This document shows positions 1 through 13,900 of a stretch of 64,000 nt of DNA, piece after piece. How positions within the stretch are numbered: the first letter of the stretch is position 1; the number at the start of each line of letters is the position of its first letter. Source of the DNA: Raillietiella orientalis (lineage: Eukaryota). The stretch spans positions 186,001-250,000 of the forward strand of contig JAYWIR010000036.1 in assembly GCA_036172245.1 (NCBI GenBank), given 5' to 3'. Both the position numbers and the translations under genes were made by a program. The notes beneath the pieces are model-generated. The model was given only the letters and a program-made list of their open reading frames with translations, searched no databases and was not told the origin of the DNA.

Positions 1-187
1 CCTACCACTTGGGGCCGCCAAATGCTCCACAACAGCCTCCAGAGATGCAGAAGCCCCAGCACCAACGGTCGGCCCCGCGCAGCAGCCGGTGGATACGGCC
101 GACGGGAAACTGCTGCGAACCGGCGCGGCTGGAACGCGGTCTGGCCTCACCGGCTCTCACTCTTCCTCCTCCGCCTCTGGCTGACAT
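1..187 (-). pseudogene. Histone H2A pseudogene (5' part; runs off the window edge)
   Basis: Minus strand from ATG 187 reads [38 protein letters not shown], matching canonical H2A [37 protein letters not shown]. After a deletion/frameshift the homology resumes in another frame as VGAGASASLEAVVEHLAA (canonical VGAGAPVYLAAVLEYLAA). The original frame stops at TAG 2-4. Confidence 0.85.
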
Positions 188-1489
188 CGCGGTACTTCTT
201 CACCACGAGCAACAAGATCAAATCGTCGACCGCACCAACGCGCAAGCGCTCACAATGCAGCACAAACGAACAGGAACCTGCCCAGCTGCCGCCGCTCCTC
301 TTCCGGAGAAGTTTGCCACGAGCGGGGCAAAAGGCGATGACGGCAGCCATGTTCGGACGGGGGAGCAGCAAGCAGCCCCAACGTTTTTTAGTGCGACCCT
401 GGGGAGACCGGGAATCGCAACGATCGACCGTTTTCGCTGGGAAAACCCGCTGATGCAAAACAAAGAAAAAAAATATCGCCAGGCCGCACGCTCAAAGTCA
501 ACAGAGCAACTTCCTCGACTTCCTGTCAAACAGAGGATCCTGGCAACCGCACAGGATGTTGTTGCTAGCGCACCGACATCCTCGCGCCGAGACCGCGAAC
601 CCTTCTTCTAGCCCGGGGATTTTCAACGTGACTGCCGCATCTGCGTGCAGGGCAGGCACCCTCCGAACCACCCCCAAAAGATGCACGCGCACGACGGGGC
701 AATGAAAAATAATTCCCGCTAAGCTCCAGCATGTCTTGCAGCAAAAGGGGGTTGGAGAGGGAGGTCCCTTCGTTCGGCGGTGAGTCTGCTTTTCCCGCTG
801 CGGGGAAAACTGAAGTTCTACCGCAAGGCACCGAGCACACAGAAGAAGAAGGAGGAGCAAATAAAAGGAATCGCTCGTGAGGACCGAAGCAGGTCAATGC
901 GGGCTGCAACGAACCCTGCAGTTATCGACAAAACCTCGGAGCGAAGAATCACGATAACCCACATGCGAGCCATGAAATCGGTGGGGATAATTGCAGGACA
1001 CCTCGCACCGCACTCGGATGGAGAGAGCCCGTGAAAGAGTCGCCTTGTGGGAGGAACGTCGAAGCTCGGGCGAGGTTGCCAGCGCGAGTCGGCTTGGCCC
1101 CGCGGAGCGCGGCGCAGACCTGACCGGTCCGAACGACCCGCACGTCGAGGAGGGCAGAAGCAGCTCTTTTTTGTCCTCTTCACTCTGGGGCCTTTACGAA
1201 ACGGCTCGGTTGTCGGTCCTTCTATCGGCAAAGGGGTGAGGTGCGCTTTCACCCCAACGCATGCCGGCTGACGGTTCCCGCTGTGGGAAAGAGCTTTCTC
1301 CTGCGAAATGGACCCGCAGCAACCAACCAGCACTCTGAACTGCCTCGCCAAACACTTCCGGAAGAACAGGCTACCTGCTGCTCCTGGAGAACACCACTTC
1401 GCTGCGGCGTCTCCGCGTGCAAACTTCCCACGAAGTCGTGGTTCCGTCGTTTTCGAGCAACTCTGTTGCCGCTGTCGCTTTTATTGGAA

Positions 1490-1960
1490 TGGGAAACCGA
1501 TACGCTAAACTTCTTCTGTATGACCCGCGTTAACGGCAAAACGTCAAAGCGCTTCCAGGGACCCAAAGAGATGAGAACCCGTTTACGGCTATGGAAGCCA
1601 ATCGAACCCCCGAAATGGGGAAGAACGCGATTTCGCTTCGAGATCCGGCATTTTAAGTACAGCTCTGTGAAATGGGCAGTGCCGGCCCACTTTGAGAACT
1701 TGAAAATGAAACTTCAGGGCCCCATAGCGTGAATCAACGCGCTCCATTTCATGTCACTGCCCGCCGAGCAAAAATCAAATTGCGGCAAAACCGGCGGCGT
1801 TGCCAGCAGCGACCGAGCATATTCCCCGCGCCACAACGGACGGATGGGCAACCACCGGGACACGCGGGAGCGAAACGTCAAGAGCCTGGAAGAGCTGGAA
1901 GCAGGCTTGCAGGATCTCCTGAAATTAGGTCGGGAATTCCGCTATTTCGCGCCGCGTTCT
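1490..1960 (+). mobile_element. Possible highly decayed Tc1/mariner transposase relic
   Basis: Mariner-like motifs appear in the expected order across shifting frames: TD...LLYDP (cf. TGDEKWxxYD), RLWKPIEPPK (cf. WxxPGEPP), HFENLKMKL, NA...HVTARRAKIKLRQ...AYSP (cf. DNARPHTA...KL...HPPYSP), MGNH...KSLEELEAGLQDLL. There is no intact ORF and I found no TIRs. Similarity was judged by eye only. Confidence 0.3.
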
Positions 1961-2060
1961 CGGAGCGGCCAGGAGTTCACATTTTCAGCTTCAATTAATC
2001 GATTTGCACGGAGGCTTGTTCGCGGGGCGCCCAATTGCCAGCTGGGTTTCATAACAAGAC

Positions 2061-2106
2061 CTACTTCTACTACTACTACTACTACTACAACAACAACAAC
2101 AACAAA
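2061..2106. repeat. Compound microsatellite (CTA)n(CAA)n
   Basis: ctacttctactactactactactactacaacaacaacaacaacaa read directly. Confidence 0.9.
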
Positions 2107-3050
2107 AATATCCTTCCTCAAGAAGGCGTCACAAAGATGCGCGCTCCGTTCCCAATTACGTATCGTTCATGGCGTCTTTCCCTCGAAAATGAACCGCGTA
2201 GGGCCATCAGCACGGCCCAATGATGGGGAGGGGGGGGGGGGGAGTCTTCACGACCAACAACTTCGCGTTTCTGATGCGCCACTTCCCCGCGCTCATACAA
2301 AAATATTCCAAATTCGTAATGGGCCGCCGTACAAGAACACGTAAATCCATAGGAACCAGCAGCACTCTACGTCTGGTGCGCATTCTGGGTGGTGAGGGGG
2401 AAGGACGTCGGTGGCACCGATCCTTCGCAAACACACACAGAATAGGCGCACATCAATGTTGGCTTTTCCATGTTTTCATAACCGTAGGGAAGGCGAAGAA
2501 GCTCTTTGGCCCGGAAGAGGGCAGGGGACCTACGCGAGGAAAGCGAGCCCGAGGAGAAGGCAACCCGACGAGCGAGAACCGCGGTTTCATTCAAGAGTTC
2601 CCCCGTCTTTTCGCTCCCCTCCATAAGTGTTTCGTGTTCGACGCTATCTCCTGTTCGCTTTCCTCTGGGCCCGCGCTCCCAGCATTGACAACTCGAGATG
2701 GATGGCCGACCTAATAGTTGGACAGGTGGAATTGCAGGGAGGGGGCACACGGGGGGGGGGAGGAGGGCACTGATGCAAAGTAAAAAAGGAATAAACGGAA
2801 AAATCAACAAATAAGCGAGGTGGCTGTTATCAACTTTCGATTTAGGAAAGCGGCGTGCGTCGCGTTGGAACGGTGTGACCTGCAGCAGCGCGCTCGTTTC
2901 CCTTAAGCGGACACGCGGGGTTGGCTGCCACAAAAGGGTGCCCCGCGGCTGCCGTAGCCCGTGTTCCGAGCGCGACGCGAGTTGCGTACGGGAACTCTTG
3001 TTTTTCTGCTCTTTCGCCTTCCCCTTCTTTTCAATTCTCCCCTCCCTCTT

Positions 3051-3053
<3 letters not shown>

Positions 3054-3083
<30 letters not shown>
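3054..3083. repeat. (CT)n microsatellite
   Basis: About 15 CT units read directly. Confidence 0.9.
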
Positions 3084-3086
<3 letters not shown>

Positions 3087-6000
3087 CCCTCGAACCATCC
3101 CGGGCCTGCGGGGACCCGCGAGAGAACGCGGCGAAAATCGCAAGGGTTCCTTCGCCCGCAAACAAACGCACCCCAAGTTCTCACGCACGTACGAAAAAAA
3201 AAAAAAAAAAAGAGGGCAGGATGCCCGCGGTCCCCAAAACAGCTTCCACGTTCCCCCCCCCTCCTCCCTCCCTCCCCCCCCCCTCCCCCAACAATGCAGC
3301 AGCTTCCGTGAAATTTCACACCGCCTTCTATTTTCGGCGCCTTTTTCCGCGCCACTGGAAACCACGCCGCCGCGAAACGGGCGCGGCCGCCGGTGCGTCA
3401 CAGCCGCCGTCGCACCACCTGAACGTTCCCGGAGGGGGGTGGGGGAAGCAGTGCTGCGGTGGACCGATGGATCCGAGGGTAACCGGAAACCCGCAGGCAG
3501 AGGGGGGGGGGGGGGCTTGGCTCCCCGTGCCCTTCTCCTGGTGGTGGTCGTCTCGTTTTCCCCTCTCGAGCGCTGCGGGAGCAATCCGACGCGCGCACGC
3601 GAAAGCCGCGCGCGCTTCCGAGAAGTTTCCCGACCTCCGCGGCAGGCAGCAGCACGCGAGCGAGGGATTCCCGGGACGCCGGGGACCCGTTGGCACTCGC
3701 CGGTTCCTGCCACGCGCGTCGCCCGCCTCCCAGCCCGTTAGGGGCGCGGAACGGAATCCGAAAGGTGCTGGCGGTGGTAGTGGCTGTACCAAGCGGTGTG
3801 GTAGACACGCAAGCAGTGGTGGCTCGGAACTCGACGGTTTCGGGGCTCTCCACACTCGGCACTCGTCTCGTTTTGACGAGGAAAAGAATGTTTCGACACT
3901 CGGCGCACGCTCGGAACTCGACACCACCCCCGCTCTCGCGCTGACACACGTGAGCGCTCGAGTCCCGCGAGCAGTGCCCAACACTTCCATGCAGTGCCTC
4001 CCGAAGCGTTCCTTTTCGTGTGCTTTCCGTGCATTTTAAGCGTGAATCGCGAGTCCTAAAGTGGTTAAAAATGATACCACGGAGCCTGGAAAAGGAGCTC
4101 GTTCGGTACTCGCCGGTTTCGGCACACGTCGTGAATACCGAGGTACGTGGAAGGAGGAGGAGCAGCGAAAACCTGAAGGCGGACTGGTGACCGGGGCAGA
4201 ACGGGAAGGGCGACCCGCGCATACACGCACGAAATGCTTCCGCTGGCGAGCCACCGGCGAGGCGGTACGGGGCGGCGCATGAGCGCCACATTTTCGGATA
4301 CGCAGCTACGCGGCGAATTCGTGAGGCCACTGGGCAGCAGCTGCCAAGCGATCATTAGGCAGGGACGCCCTGTCGGCTGCGCTGTGTGCCCTGTGACACC
4401 GGCGCGCGTACGACCTCGAACACGCGAGGCCAACAACAGAGACCTCCCCGGGGTCGGCGACGACAGCGTCGCGCCGCGCGAGTCGAAAATCCCTTGCGAA
4501 GAGACTGGCAAACGGCCCGCGGCCCCCCGACTGAGGGACGTGCGGTGGTCGCGGCGTCACGGGATGGCGAAAACATCGCTCCGCCAGAGCAGAAGAATCC
4601 TCTCGACCGGCGCCTGACGAGTTTCGGATCTTGCGGGGACACTTCCGTTCGGACGACCGGAAGATCACTGCCACGCAAGCCGCTCTCGCCTGGACCAGGG
4701 AAAACGTGCAAGAGAATGGTGGGAGGCAAAGCAAAGCGACCGTGGGCGACGATCTTCCAGCGGTACGGAAGACCGCGCAGAAAAGGAGACGGAGGGGCGG
4801 TGCCAACCAGTCGTGGGGATGCTTCGCGACCGACGGGCCACGCGCACGCGGGTTCCCCTTCCGTCGAATCGCGCGCTCGACTACAGGCGAGCGCCACCGG
4901 GAAATGCACTTGCGAAGGGAAGTGGTAGCGGCTTGGCTTCGGCGAGGGAAGAAGCGCTCCCCGGGAGTGGCGGTGCAGGTTGCTCCCCCTTCCCCTGCCC
5001 CCTTCCTGCACGAAGCAACGCTGCCAGAAGAACACATGAGCACAGCGCACGTCCGAAATGCGGAGGGCCCGGGACGAGGCCGCGAACACGGGCTCTTCCG
5101 CTCGTTCGGCCGAAGTAAGGGGTGCAGGGAAGCAAGGATGATGGGCGCCGTCGAACCCTAGGAAGCGGCGGCAGCTTCGCGGGCAGAGGAGTCGAAACGC
5201 ACCGGTGCCCCAATCCCGGCTGATGATGAAAGCAGCGTCTGAACGTGCAGACTCCTTGCGGCGGCGCCCTGTTGTTCCCTCTCGACGCCTGGCCGCGCGG
5301 CTCCTCCGAACGGGAGACAGACGTCTCCGGAGAGGGCGTCGTCACCCGAGAAGATTTCGGGCCATTTGCAAAGGAACAAAGCTGCTCCGATGCGAAACAC
5401 ACAATGCCAATTAGGGGCGCAGGATAAACAACGCAAACAAATTCCAGATGCTCCCGAAGGCGTGCCCTCCTTCAAGGAACACCGGGAACGCCGCTCCACA
5501 GCGAAGTATCGAGGAGGGGAGCCGCGCGCTGCAGCTGCGCGGCACATGCGGCGGCCGGGAGAGGTGCTGCTGCTGCTCTCCCAAAAAGGTCCGCGCGCGA
5601 GAAGAGGGTGGTGGACAGGCGCGAGTCCCACGGTCCGTCCGTCCGTCAGCGCTCTCGCCTGCAGCATGCATGCACTGCCGCGTGGAGGGAAGGAGCACAG
5701 AGGGAACGTGCATTTTCAGGTTCCCCCAGAAAGAGAGAGGACGCCGCGATTCGAAGCAGCAGCGTCCTTTTCCGCCGGAAACCAAAAGCGCGAGCGGACG
5801 AAAACCTTCGGCACAGAACCACTTGTCGTCCCGTTCTGGGAAATTGCGCGGCACGGCTTTCCGAAATCCACGTGGTAGACCACACACTTCGGAACGCCGG
5901 AGGCACGACGTCCGGACGTGCTCGTTCCCTCGTGTGCTCCTTCCAGGGCGGAAGGGGAAGGGGAAGGGGAGGGGGAGCCGCAGAGATTCCTGCGTTCCTC

Positions 6001-7846
6001 CTCGTCCGGTCCTGCGGTGTTTGCTGCAGCGATAGAGGCGGACGCCCGCGGGCGAGCGATAGGAGGGTTCTCCCTGCCTTTCTTCCCTCCCCGGAACCAG
6101 GAGCGTACGGAAGGAAACACCTCCGCGTGATCTTTTTTCTTTTAGCGTTCACTTTCGGAGGTGTGAATGACCTTTGCGATTCCCCGACCTTCCAAGTTGC
6201 CGACGCGCACCGCGGGAAGACCAATCAAAAGCGGCTCAGCAAAGGGAAGAGGGAAACACCCTTTGCCACCTCGGCAGCTACGGCACTCCTTTCCCTGGGC
6301 GGTGCGCAGGGAGCCCCAGCGAAGGGCGCTGCAGCGCGAGGTGCGGAGGCGCTTCGCCGTAACGACGGCAACGGACCACGCGCGCGCTCGACTGAGGAGG
6401 GCACGGTGGTCGCCGCCAGCCTGGGGGCATCACAGTCACGTTGCTGGTAGGAGAGGACGCGGCAAGCGCTCGGATGATAATTGGAGGGCAATTAAGGGCG
6501 CGCGTCCCGTTCGCTCCGGCGACGGCAAAACTGAATGCCCCGGCAGAGCGCTTCGATTCCCCAAGGAAACGAACCCGGGGGGGAAGCCCGAAGAAGCTAC
6601 GAGAAAATCGGGGGAACGGAAAGGGGGAGAAACTCGGGCTCACGGTCCAGCCTCCTCCTCCCACTTGCGCCTGCTCAACTAGCTAGCTCCAAGGGGATTT
6701 GCGCGGGGAAAAAGGATGCTTACGATGATTTCTTTTTCTTTTCCTCCTTGTCTTGTCGCACCCCTGCGGCACGAAGAGAGGGAGGCGATGCACGGGACTC
6801 AGCGACTAGGACGGTAGACATCTGCTGCAGCAGCCGGCCGCCACTGAACGGAAACGCGGAACGTCCGTCGAGGAGAATCAAGCGAAAGAGGGTGGGGGTC
6901 AACACGCGCCATGGGAACACCTAGGGAGGAGAATGCCGCGCAGAATGCCCCGGGCGCGAGGGCATCGACACGACTCGTGCCGCCTCCGACCTCGCTGGGG
7001 CAGCGCGCGCGTCGCACGGTGGGACCGGTGGCGAACCAACAACACCGTCCTGCAGAGAGAAGCACGTCCAAGGGGGCGCCGACCAGCACGGCTACGAGTG
7101 AGAAGCAGGGAAGGCCAGGAAGGAACGCGGTGCGTCCGACCTGCCCCCACGAGTTAAGGGCCAAGACGTCCGAGCGGAAGTGGCACAGAAATCCGGAGGA
7201 AACACCGCACAAACACAAATGGCTGAGGGGAGGCGTTGAAGAGTTACTTCCGCGGTCCGTGGAGCCCCCCGTCTCCTCCTTCGCCGCCTTGGCTCCGGGG
7301 ATCTTTCGGGCCGGTCTCGCGCGTGATCCGGAGGAACAGACGAGAGACGGGGCGCGCGCGCGTCCGATAATCCGCGCCTCCTGAGGGAGGCAGGAGGTTC
7401 CTCGAGTGCTGCACCCCCGAGGCACCTTTACTCACTTTGTCCGCATCCCCTCCCCGCTCCGAAAGAAGCTGAAGAAAAGGAGCCATCACCTTCCACCCCG
7501 GGGAAAAAAAGACGAAGATGAAAAAAAGAAAGAGGACCATACTGACCAGCGCGTCCGCGGAACGGCAGGACGAAGGACAGCAGACAGATGAGCAGCTCTC
7601 GCAAATCCATTGACCGCAACCTGGAAAAAAAAAAAAAACAGATGCAATGCGTCAGGATGAAAAGAAATCGATGAACCGGCGTGCATCCCATCTTCCCCTG
7701 GGAAGACGCTAATATTCTCGGCAGTAGAAAAATAGCCCCTCCCCCTTCTTCTCCTCCCCCTTTCCTCCTCGTGCAGAGGCGAAAGGAAGGAAAAATGAAT
7801 TCGATCGTGAGGAATTTCATTTTGCACTTCGTGCGCTCTCGCGGAG

Positions 7847-7900
7847 GAGGAGGGAGACTGATCTTCGGTTCCTGAGGAGGGAGACTGATCTTCGGTTCCT
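7847..7900. repeat. Perfect 27-bp tandem duplication
   Basis: gaggagggagactgatcttcggttcct occurs at 7847-7873 and again at 7874-7900. Confidence 0.9.
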
Positions 7901-10900
7901 GGGAAGGGCGCCCGCTCCCAGAAACCTCCAGCGGACGACGGTACACGCCCCGGTGCAAGGAACGAGCAGAGAGAGAAGTACGCGCGCGGAAGTAGCTGAC
8001 GACGACCGACGCCCGCAAGGCGTGCCCCTCCCCCTCGCCAGCAGCAGCAGCACGCCCGCGCGGTCTCCGCATGGAAAGTCGCAAAAGACGGTCACTGTTT
8101 ACTGCCGAAAGTTTTTTTTTTTTTCTTCTTCTTTTTTTTTTTTTTTTGTGTGGTCTGACACAAAGTGATTTAGCTGTCGGCCATTAAGCGCGGGATATAA
8201 GAGGCGTGGGAAGCTGGGGCAATAATTCTTCCGCCGGTGTCAAGCATTTGTGGAAATGGCCGACTTTATTAGCGGATCTAATCGCCGATGCCGAGATGGG
8301 ATGGAACGATACGCAGGGAACCAAGCGAGCCTCTGGCGAAATCCTGCCTGCTAGTTAACGAACGGCACAACAGCGACGAGGATGGGGGCCGACGGCATGA
8401 CGACGGCAGCAGCACCCACTCCCGTCGCGTCTCCAGGACGCAACGTGCCGCCGCTGCCTTCACTAATGATGGCCGGGCGGCACGTACGCGCGCGACCTTT
8501 TTTTCCCTGCGGCAGCTGCTGCAGCAGCAGCAGCAGCAGCAATAGGGAACCGGGAAAGAAAAGGAGAAGCAGCAGGAAACAAAAGCACAATTGACCCGGA
8601 TCGCAGCAGAAGCAGCAGCAGCAGCAGCAGGCTTCGGTGCGCCCAGGAGAGGAGGGCGCGCGACACAGGCGCGAACGGTTGTCACTCAATTCGCAACTCG
8701 AGGGCGACGCGCGCACAGACCGTCAGGAAACCAACCGCGCAGGACACGCACACACACGTGCGAGGCGAAGCAGACAAAGGCCGAGGAGACGCGCGCGCGA
8801 GCGTGCGAGGCACCCCGCCCGCTGCTGCTGCGCGTTGCACGTCGGCACGCCACGGCGTCCCGAGAAACCGAAATTCCTGGCGTTGACGAGGTACCTCGAC
8901 GGTGCAGCTGGAGGGAACTTCACGAGAAGCACACGCACGCACACACACGGGGGGGGGGGGAGAACTCGAATCCGAGAAGTCTCGGGCGCATCTCTCTCGA
9001 TCCGAAGAGCCGTCCTCTCCGAGGATGGCACGTTGCCCGCGACGCCGCCACGGGCTGCGCGAACCAGCGTGACACCGATCTTTTCGATTCCCCTGAGTAC
9101 CGATGGAGGGACGAGGCGAACGCGATCCCCGAGGGGCTGCCACAAGGGAAGGTGGCACCTCCCTCCATTCACCTTTGCTCTCTGCGAGCGGCGCTCCGGG
9201 CGGCTGGTGGGTGTTCTCGCTTCCACCCTTTTCCGCTTTGCACGGCGACGCACGCGCAGGCGCGAGTGAAAGAAAGAGAGAAAAAAGGAAAAAAAAGGAA
9301 AAGAAAGTTGGTGCACAGACGCAAGGATGCATAAAACAATCCCCCACTCTAGGCAATTCTCTCGCTCCGGGTTCGAGGGCAGCCCATTCACACCCTACAG
9401 AAGGAGGACTACCGGGTGCGAATGGCCTTGGGGCTGATGAGAAATTCGTGAGGGCTCGCGTCGCGGCATCGCGTGAACTTTTTTTTTTTTTGGCTGGTCA
9501 TCGAAACGAAATTCTGAAGCATCCGTGGAGACGTGGCTGTGCACAATGCCCGACCGACAGGAGGGCGCAGCTGCCCTTCCCAAACGGGCAACCTCGGGGG
9601 AGGGAGGGAGGAGAGCCGGCAACGAGTGGGACCCACTTCTTTCAACGTCTTTTACCTGTTTACGCTCGGGATGGGCGCGAATTGGACGGCGGGAAGACGG
9701 AAAGCAGGGTCCGATGGACAGATAAAGCCTCCGAAGGTTTCGTGAGATGTCTAGCTGCACAGCTTCCCGAGATGCGACCACTAATGATGCGCTCCCGTTT
9801 CCAGCGTGTCGCAGCTGTAACGGCGAAATTTCGTGGGTCTTTTGGGGGGGGGGGGAGAAGGGGGGGGGGGGAAGCTTCAAAACATGGGCTGGAAGAACAC
9901 GCCACTGCCAGTTAGCACCAACGGCAAACAAATTTTAACTTTTTTTTTTTTTTTTTTTTTTTTTACTAATGACTATCTCGGGATGAAAAGCGGCACCAAC
10001 AGCACCAGATACAGAGCACGACGAAATTGCGATGACAGCTTCCAAAACAGATGACCGGGCTCGCGGAGCATAAACAAGTAACGTGGTTCGGCGATGCGGT
10101 TTCACAGTAAGGAATTTCGGTGATAATTACAAAAGACACCACGCTGTAAAAAAAAAAAAAAAAAAAGAACTCTTAGCGCATGCTGACCAATAAATCATTC
10201 CCGACATTCGCAATACGCCGAACGCATCAAAACGAATGGCATCGCAGCGCCACATCGCGCGCGCACGTACCACTTCCACTTCCAACGCAACACCTCGCAA
10301 CACCAAAACACCAAAACACAAGGAGGGAAGAAGAAGAAGGATCTTCCTCCACCGCCACCTTAGGCTACGACGGGCCCACGGTAATAAACCGCTCCTCCGT
10401 CAGTCGTGCCAACATCACAAAATGAATGCTCCGAATACTCTCCGCCGTGCTCCGGATTTTATTTGCTCCAAAACACCGAAGCAAAATATCGCATTACAAT
10501 TGAAAGCACAGGCCACACTACAACGGGGAGGGGGAAAAGGAGGAGAAAAAAAACCACCAATTAAGTTTCCACTGCGCTTTGGAGCAACTTTTTTTTTCTT
10601 TCTTTCTTTCTCTCCCCCCCCCCCCCCCCCATGAATAGCAATGGCTCTCTGTCAAGAACACATAACAAGTGGAGTTTATTCGAAAACCAGTTTGCCAGGC
10701 AAAACAGTCGCTCGGATCAGCTGTGTTTCTGCAGAAGAGGGAAAAAATGCACCGCGTCTCGAGTGGGCTGCATTTCACAAAAAGTTACAGCCTGTAAAAA
10801 CGAAATCAATTTTCCTCCCCCCTGCCTGCAAGGGCAGCAGAACCCAAGTAAGCGTGGATCCGGGCGTGCAACGGTTAGCCCTCCACTTCCCCACTCTACA

Positions 10901-13900
10901 CGGGACGAATTGGTCAGAAACGAATTTCTGGAATGTGTGGGACACGTGCACTGGCAGCTCGGATAACGAGCCCCTCGTCCGAGCAGGAAAAACAAAAGGA
11001 AGGAAGGAAAGACCGCGTCATCCGCGGTCTCCAGCCATCGAGAAACCTCCCGGTCCACGGAACGTGCGGTCCTTCGCCGAAGGGTTCTCAGGTCACATCC
11101 ACTCTCACCTTTTACTTTTCGATCCGAATCCAAGCCCGCAGCCTCCTCAGGTCTGCACCATGTTTTCCGGAACAAGCTCGACTCAGTTGGCGCTCGCAAG
11201 GGCCCGATCCAGCTGCTGTATCATCCCGCGTCCACAGGTCCACTTTTCTGTCCACAAACAAAACTTCCCACGAAGCCAAAAGGACACACACTCGCTCGCA
11301 CGCAGAGGCCACGCAGGCTTTTGTCACCAACGTTGCAGCAGCGAACGCGGAGCGCGGCGGCACCACTCCAGCTGCGAACCGCTCTCGCTCTGCCAAACAA
11401 AGCGGTGTGTGCGCGGGGTGACATCTTGCGTGGGGAAGGCCAAACTGCTCCGATGAATGGGGGGAGAGCTCGGCTCAATGAAACGCGCCAGCCGGGAGGA
11501 AAGAGAGAGGGGGAGGGGGAAGGGAGAAAGAGAAACGTGGAGTCGGCGGAAGTCTCCTGGGACGGCGCGTGGCGTCCACCTTGTTCCGGAGCTGGACCGT
11601 CCAAGTGGACGTCGGGCGTGAAGCGTTCATCTGCAACAGGCTCGACGGCCAGATGCTCGATGACTCCCGTACATGTGAAACCGAACGACAATCTTTTTCC
11701 GGTTCGTGACTGCTGTTTCGAACGTCTCGGCAAAATTCAGCACTCCCCACGAAAGTACGTAGCACCTAAAACGGTATGGTTCGAGCATGCGGGTGTTTTC
11801 AGGGAAAGAAAGTCGCAAATCATGTTCAGACCTCAGACTCGGCATCGGCCACCAAGCACTTCGGAGGTTTCTTTAACACCTTGTTGAAATTTCATTTACC
11901 CATTCGACATCCCCGGAAGGGAGTCTGCTTGCCGTTCGTGTGGTTTATACCGTCCTTTCGGATTGAGCACACGCAGTTGCCTTCACTTTATCGTTTTGGT
12001 TTGAGTCTTGGCATGTAAAGTTTCCTAACCAGAAGTACATGATCTCACGATCCGTACATCCTTTCCTTAATGGAAAGATTTTCCTCTCACAGCCTCTAAA
12101 TTGAGTGGCCATTCACTGTGGCATTCAGTGGCAAACTAGAGTGGGAGTGTCAGGGTTGAAAGGATTAGAAACAAGTAATATTGTAATGTGGAGTTTTCTG
12201 GATGTTTTGAAAGCCAGATTGATGTTGGTTGAAATTATGTATGATGTACTTTTCTGTACTGAAAGCATATGAGAATGTGGAAGCATTTGAGTACAAATAA
12301 GCAGGCAGTGTTTGGCTTCTGGGTGAAAGATGGCAACCTAAGCATTTTAAGCCCAATTCTTAAAATTTTGTTATTGCAACAAAAATAGGCTACCCTTCTA
12401 TATTGCTCTTAGCAGTTTCCATCATTTCTAGCAGCAAGGTTAACAAATACGTGTAAAATTGATCAAATTCTGGCTGGCAACTAGAATTTGATCAAACGAT
12501 CATGTCATTTGTAAAAGGCCTTCATTTTAAAAATGCTTCAAAAAAATTGAAACAGTTCATGATGCTATTAAAAAATGAATGTGGTGTGCAGTATTAGCTT
12601 ACTCCTTTGGTGAAAACCTTCTCAAGCAAAATAGTTTCCCATCACTTACATGTGAAGTTTAGTTAAAAGAACAAAAAATATAACATATTGCATACTGACA
12701 CATCCTTAAGGATTTTGCATGATTCGTTTTCTTATAGAAAGGAGTTTAAAGTAAATTTCTCAGTTGACAAATTTATCAATTCCTTGTACAGAATTCTTTT
12801 ACCAAATTACTTATATTAAAAGATTTTATAATTTGAATCCTTCAGTGGAAATTGTAGTTGTTAGTAACTGCAGTTTTTCTTTGATGGTTAAATTGAGGAG
12901 TATATCATGATGCAACCTTGTGGTGATTAAATCATGTTTTGAACTTAAGTGCACTGGCCTAAGCTAAAGTGATTATATAAATGCATTTCAGTGATTCACT
13001 TCCTCACAGTTATCTGCAATTTGTTTTCTAAAAACTAGTAGCAATGGAAGTGTTTGGAAAAAAATGAAAAAACAAGGTAAACATTATATTCAAAAGTATT
13101 CCTCTGGACCAATCAAGTGATTCCATAGATCATGTATTCATGTAAGTAGGCCCTCTGTAGAACTGAATTCAATTGTAAGCAGGTATTTTAACAAACGTAG
13201 TGAGAAACCATTTGGTGATTCATTAAGATACAAGTAACAACTGAAATCGCATATTTGGTTCCAAATGCATGCAGCCCATATTTTTGAAAGGACTTTTCTT
13301 TGACCCATTTTTCTAGAGAATTAAATCGTGCAAAATATTTTCCAGCATAGAACTTCTTGCATGGTGGCATGGTTTTTTAATTTAAGGAACACATAAATAA
13401 TGTAAATCTAAGAAAACTAAGCCAGAAGCTGCTCTTAATATATTATATTTTCTTGCATCATTATATAATAAAAATTTGCATTTAATGGTTTTCCAAGAAA
13501 ATCTTAAACTTTCATCCCATATTTAATTTTTTTTAATATGTGTTGTAATGGGTTTTAATGGACTTTTATATTTTAGCATTCCCCTAAGCTAAGTAACCTA
13601 TATAAAGTTGTAAGAATGAAAAGCTTGAGTAACCAATCTGTAGAGGAAAAAAAGAAAAAAAACTGTATATAAACTCATTCTTACAGTTAAGATTGAAAAT
13701 GAAAACAAAAGGGTTTTGAAATCAGGTTTTCTCATTCACTGCTGAACTTCTGCTTTAAACCTCATATATTACTTACTAATGTGATTGAAGTACTAAAGAA
13801 CTACTGCATGAAAGACATGTATCTGTCTTTATGACAACTGTTTCAAATAAAATCTTGGATGAGAGTTTAAGACTTTGTCACAACTATTGCATGGTTATTG

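Noticed and set aside
2828..2841. TATCAACTTTCGAT matches a short stretch of 18S rRNA
   Set aside because: The match is only 14 nt and the flanks do not resemble rRNA.
13809..13819. TGAAAGACATG equals the 5' end of miR-71
   Set aside because: The rest of mature miR-71 (GGTAGTGA) is absent and the local hairpin is far too short for a pre-miRNA.
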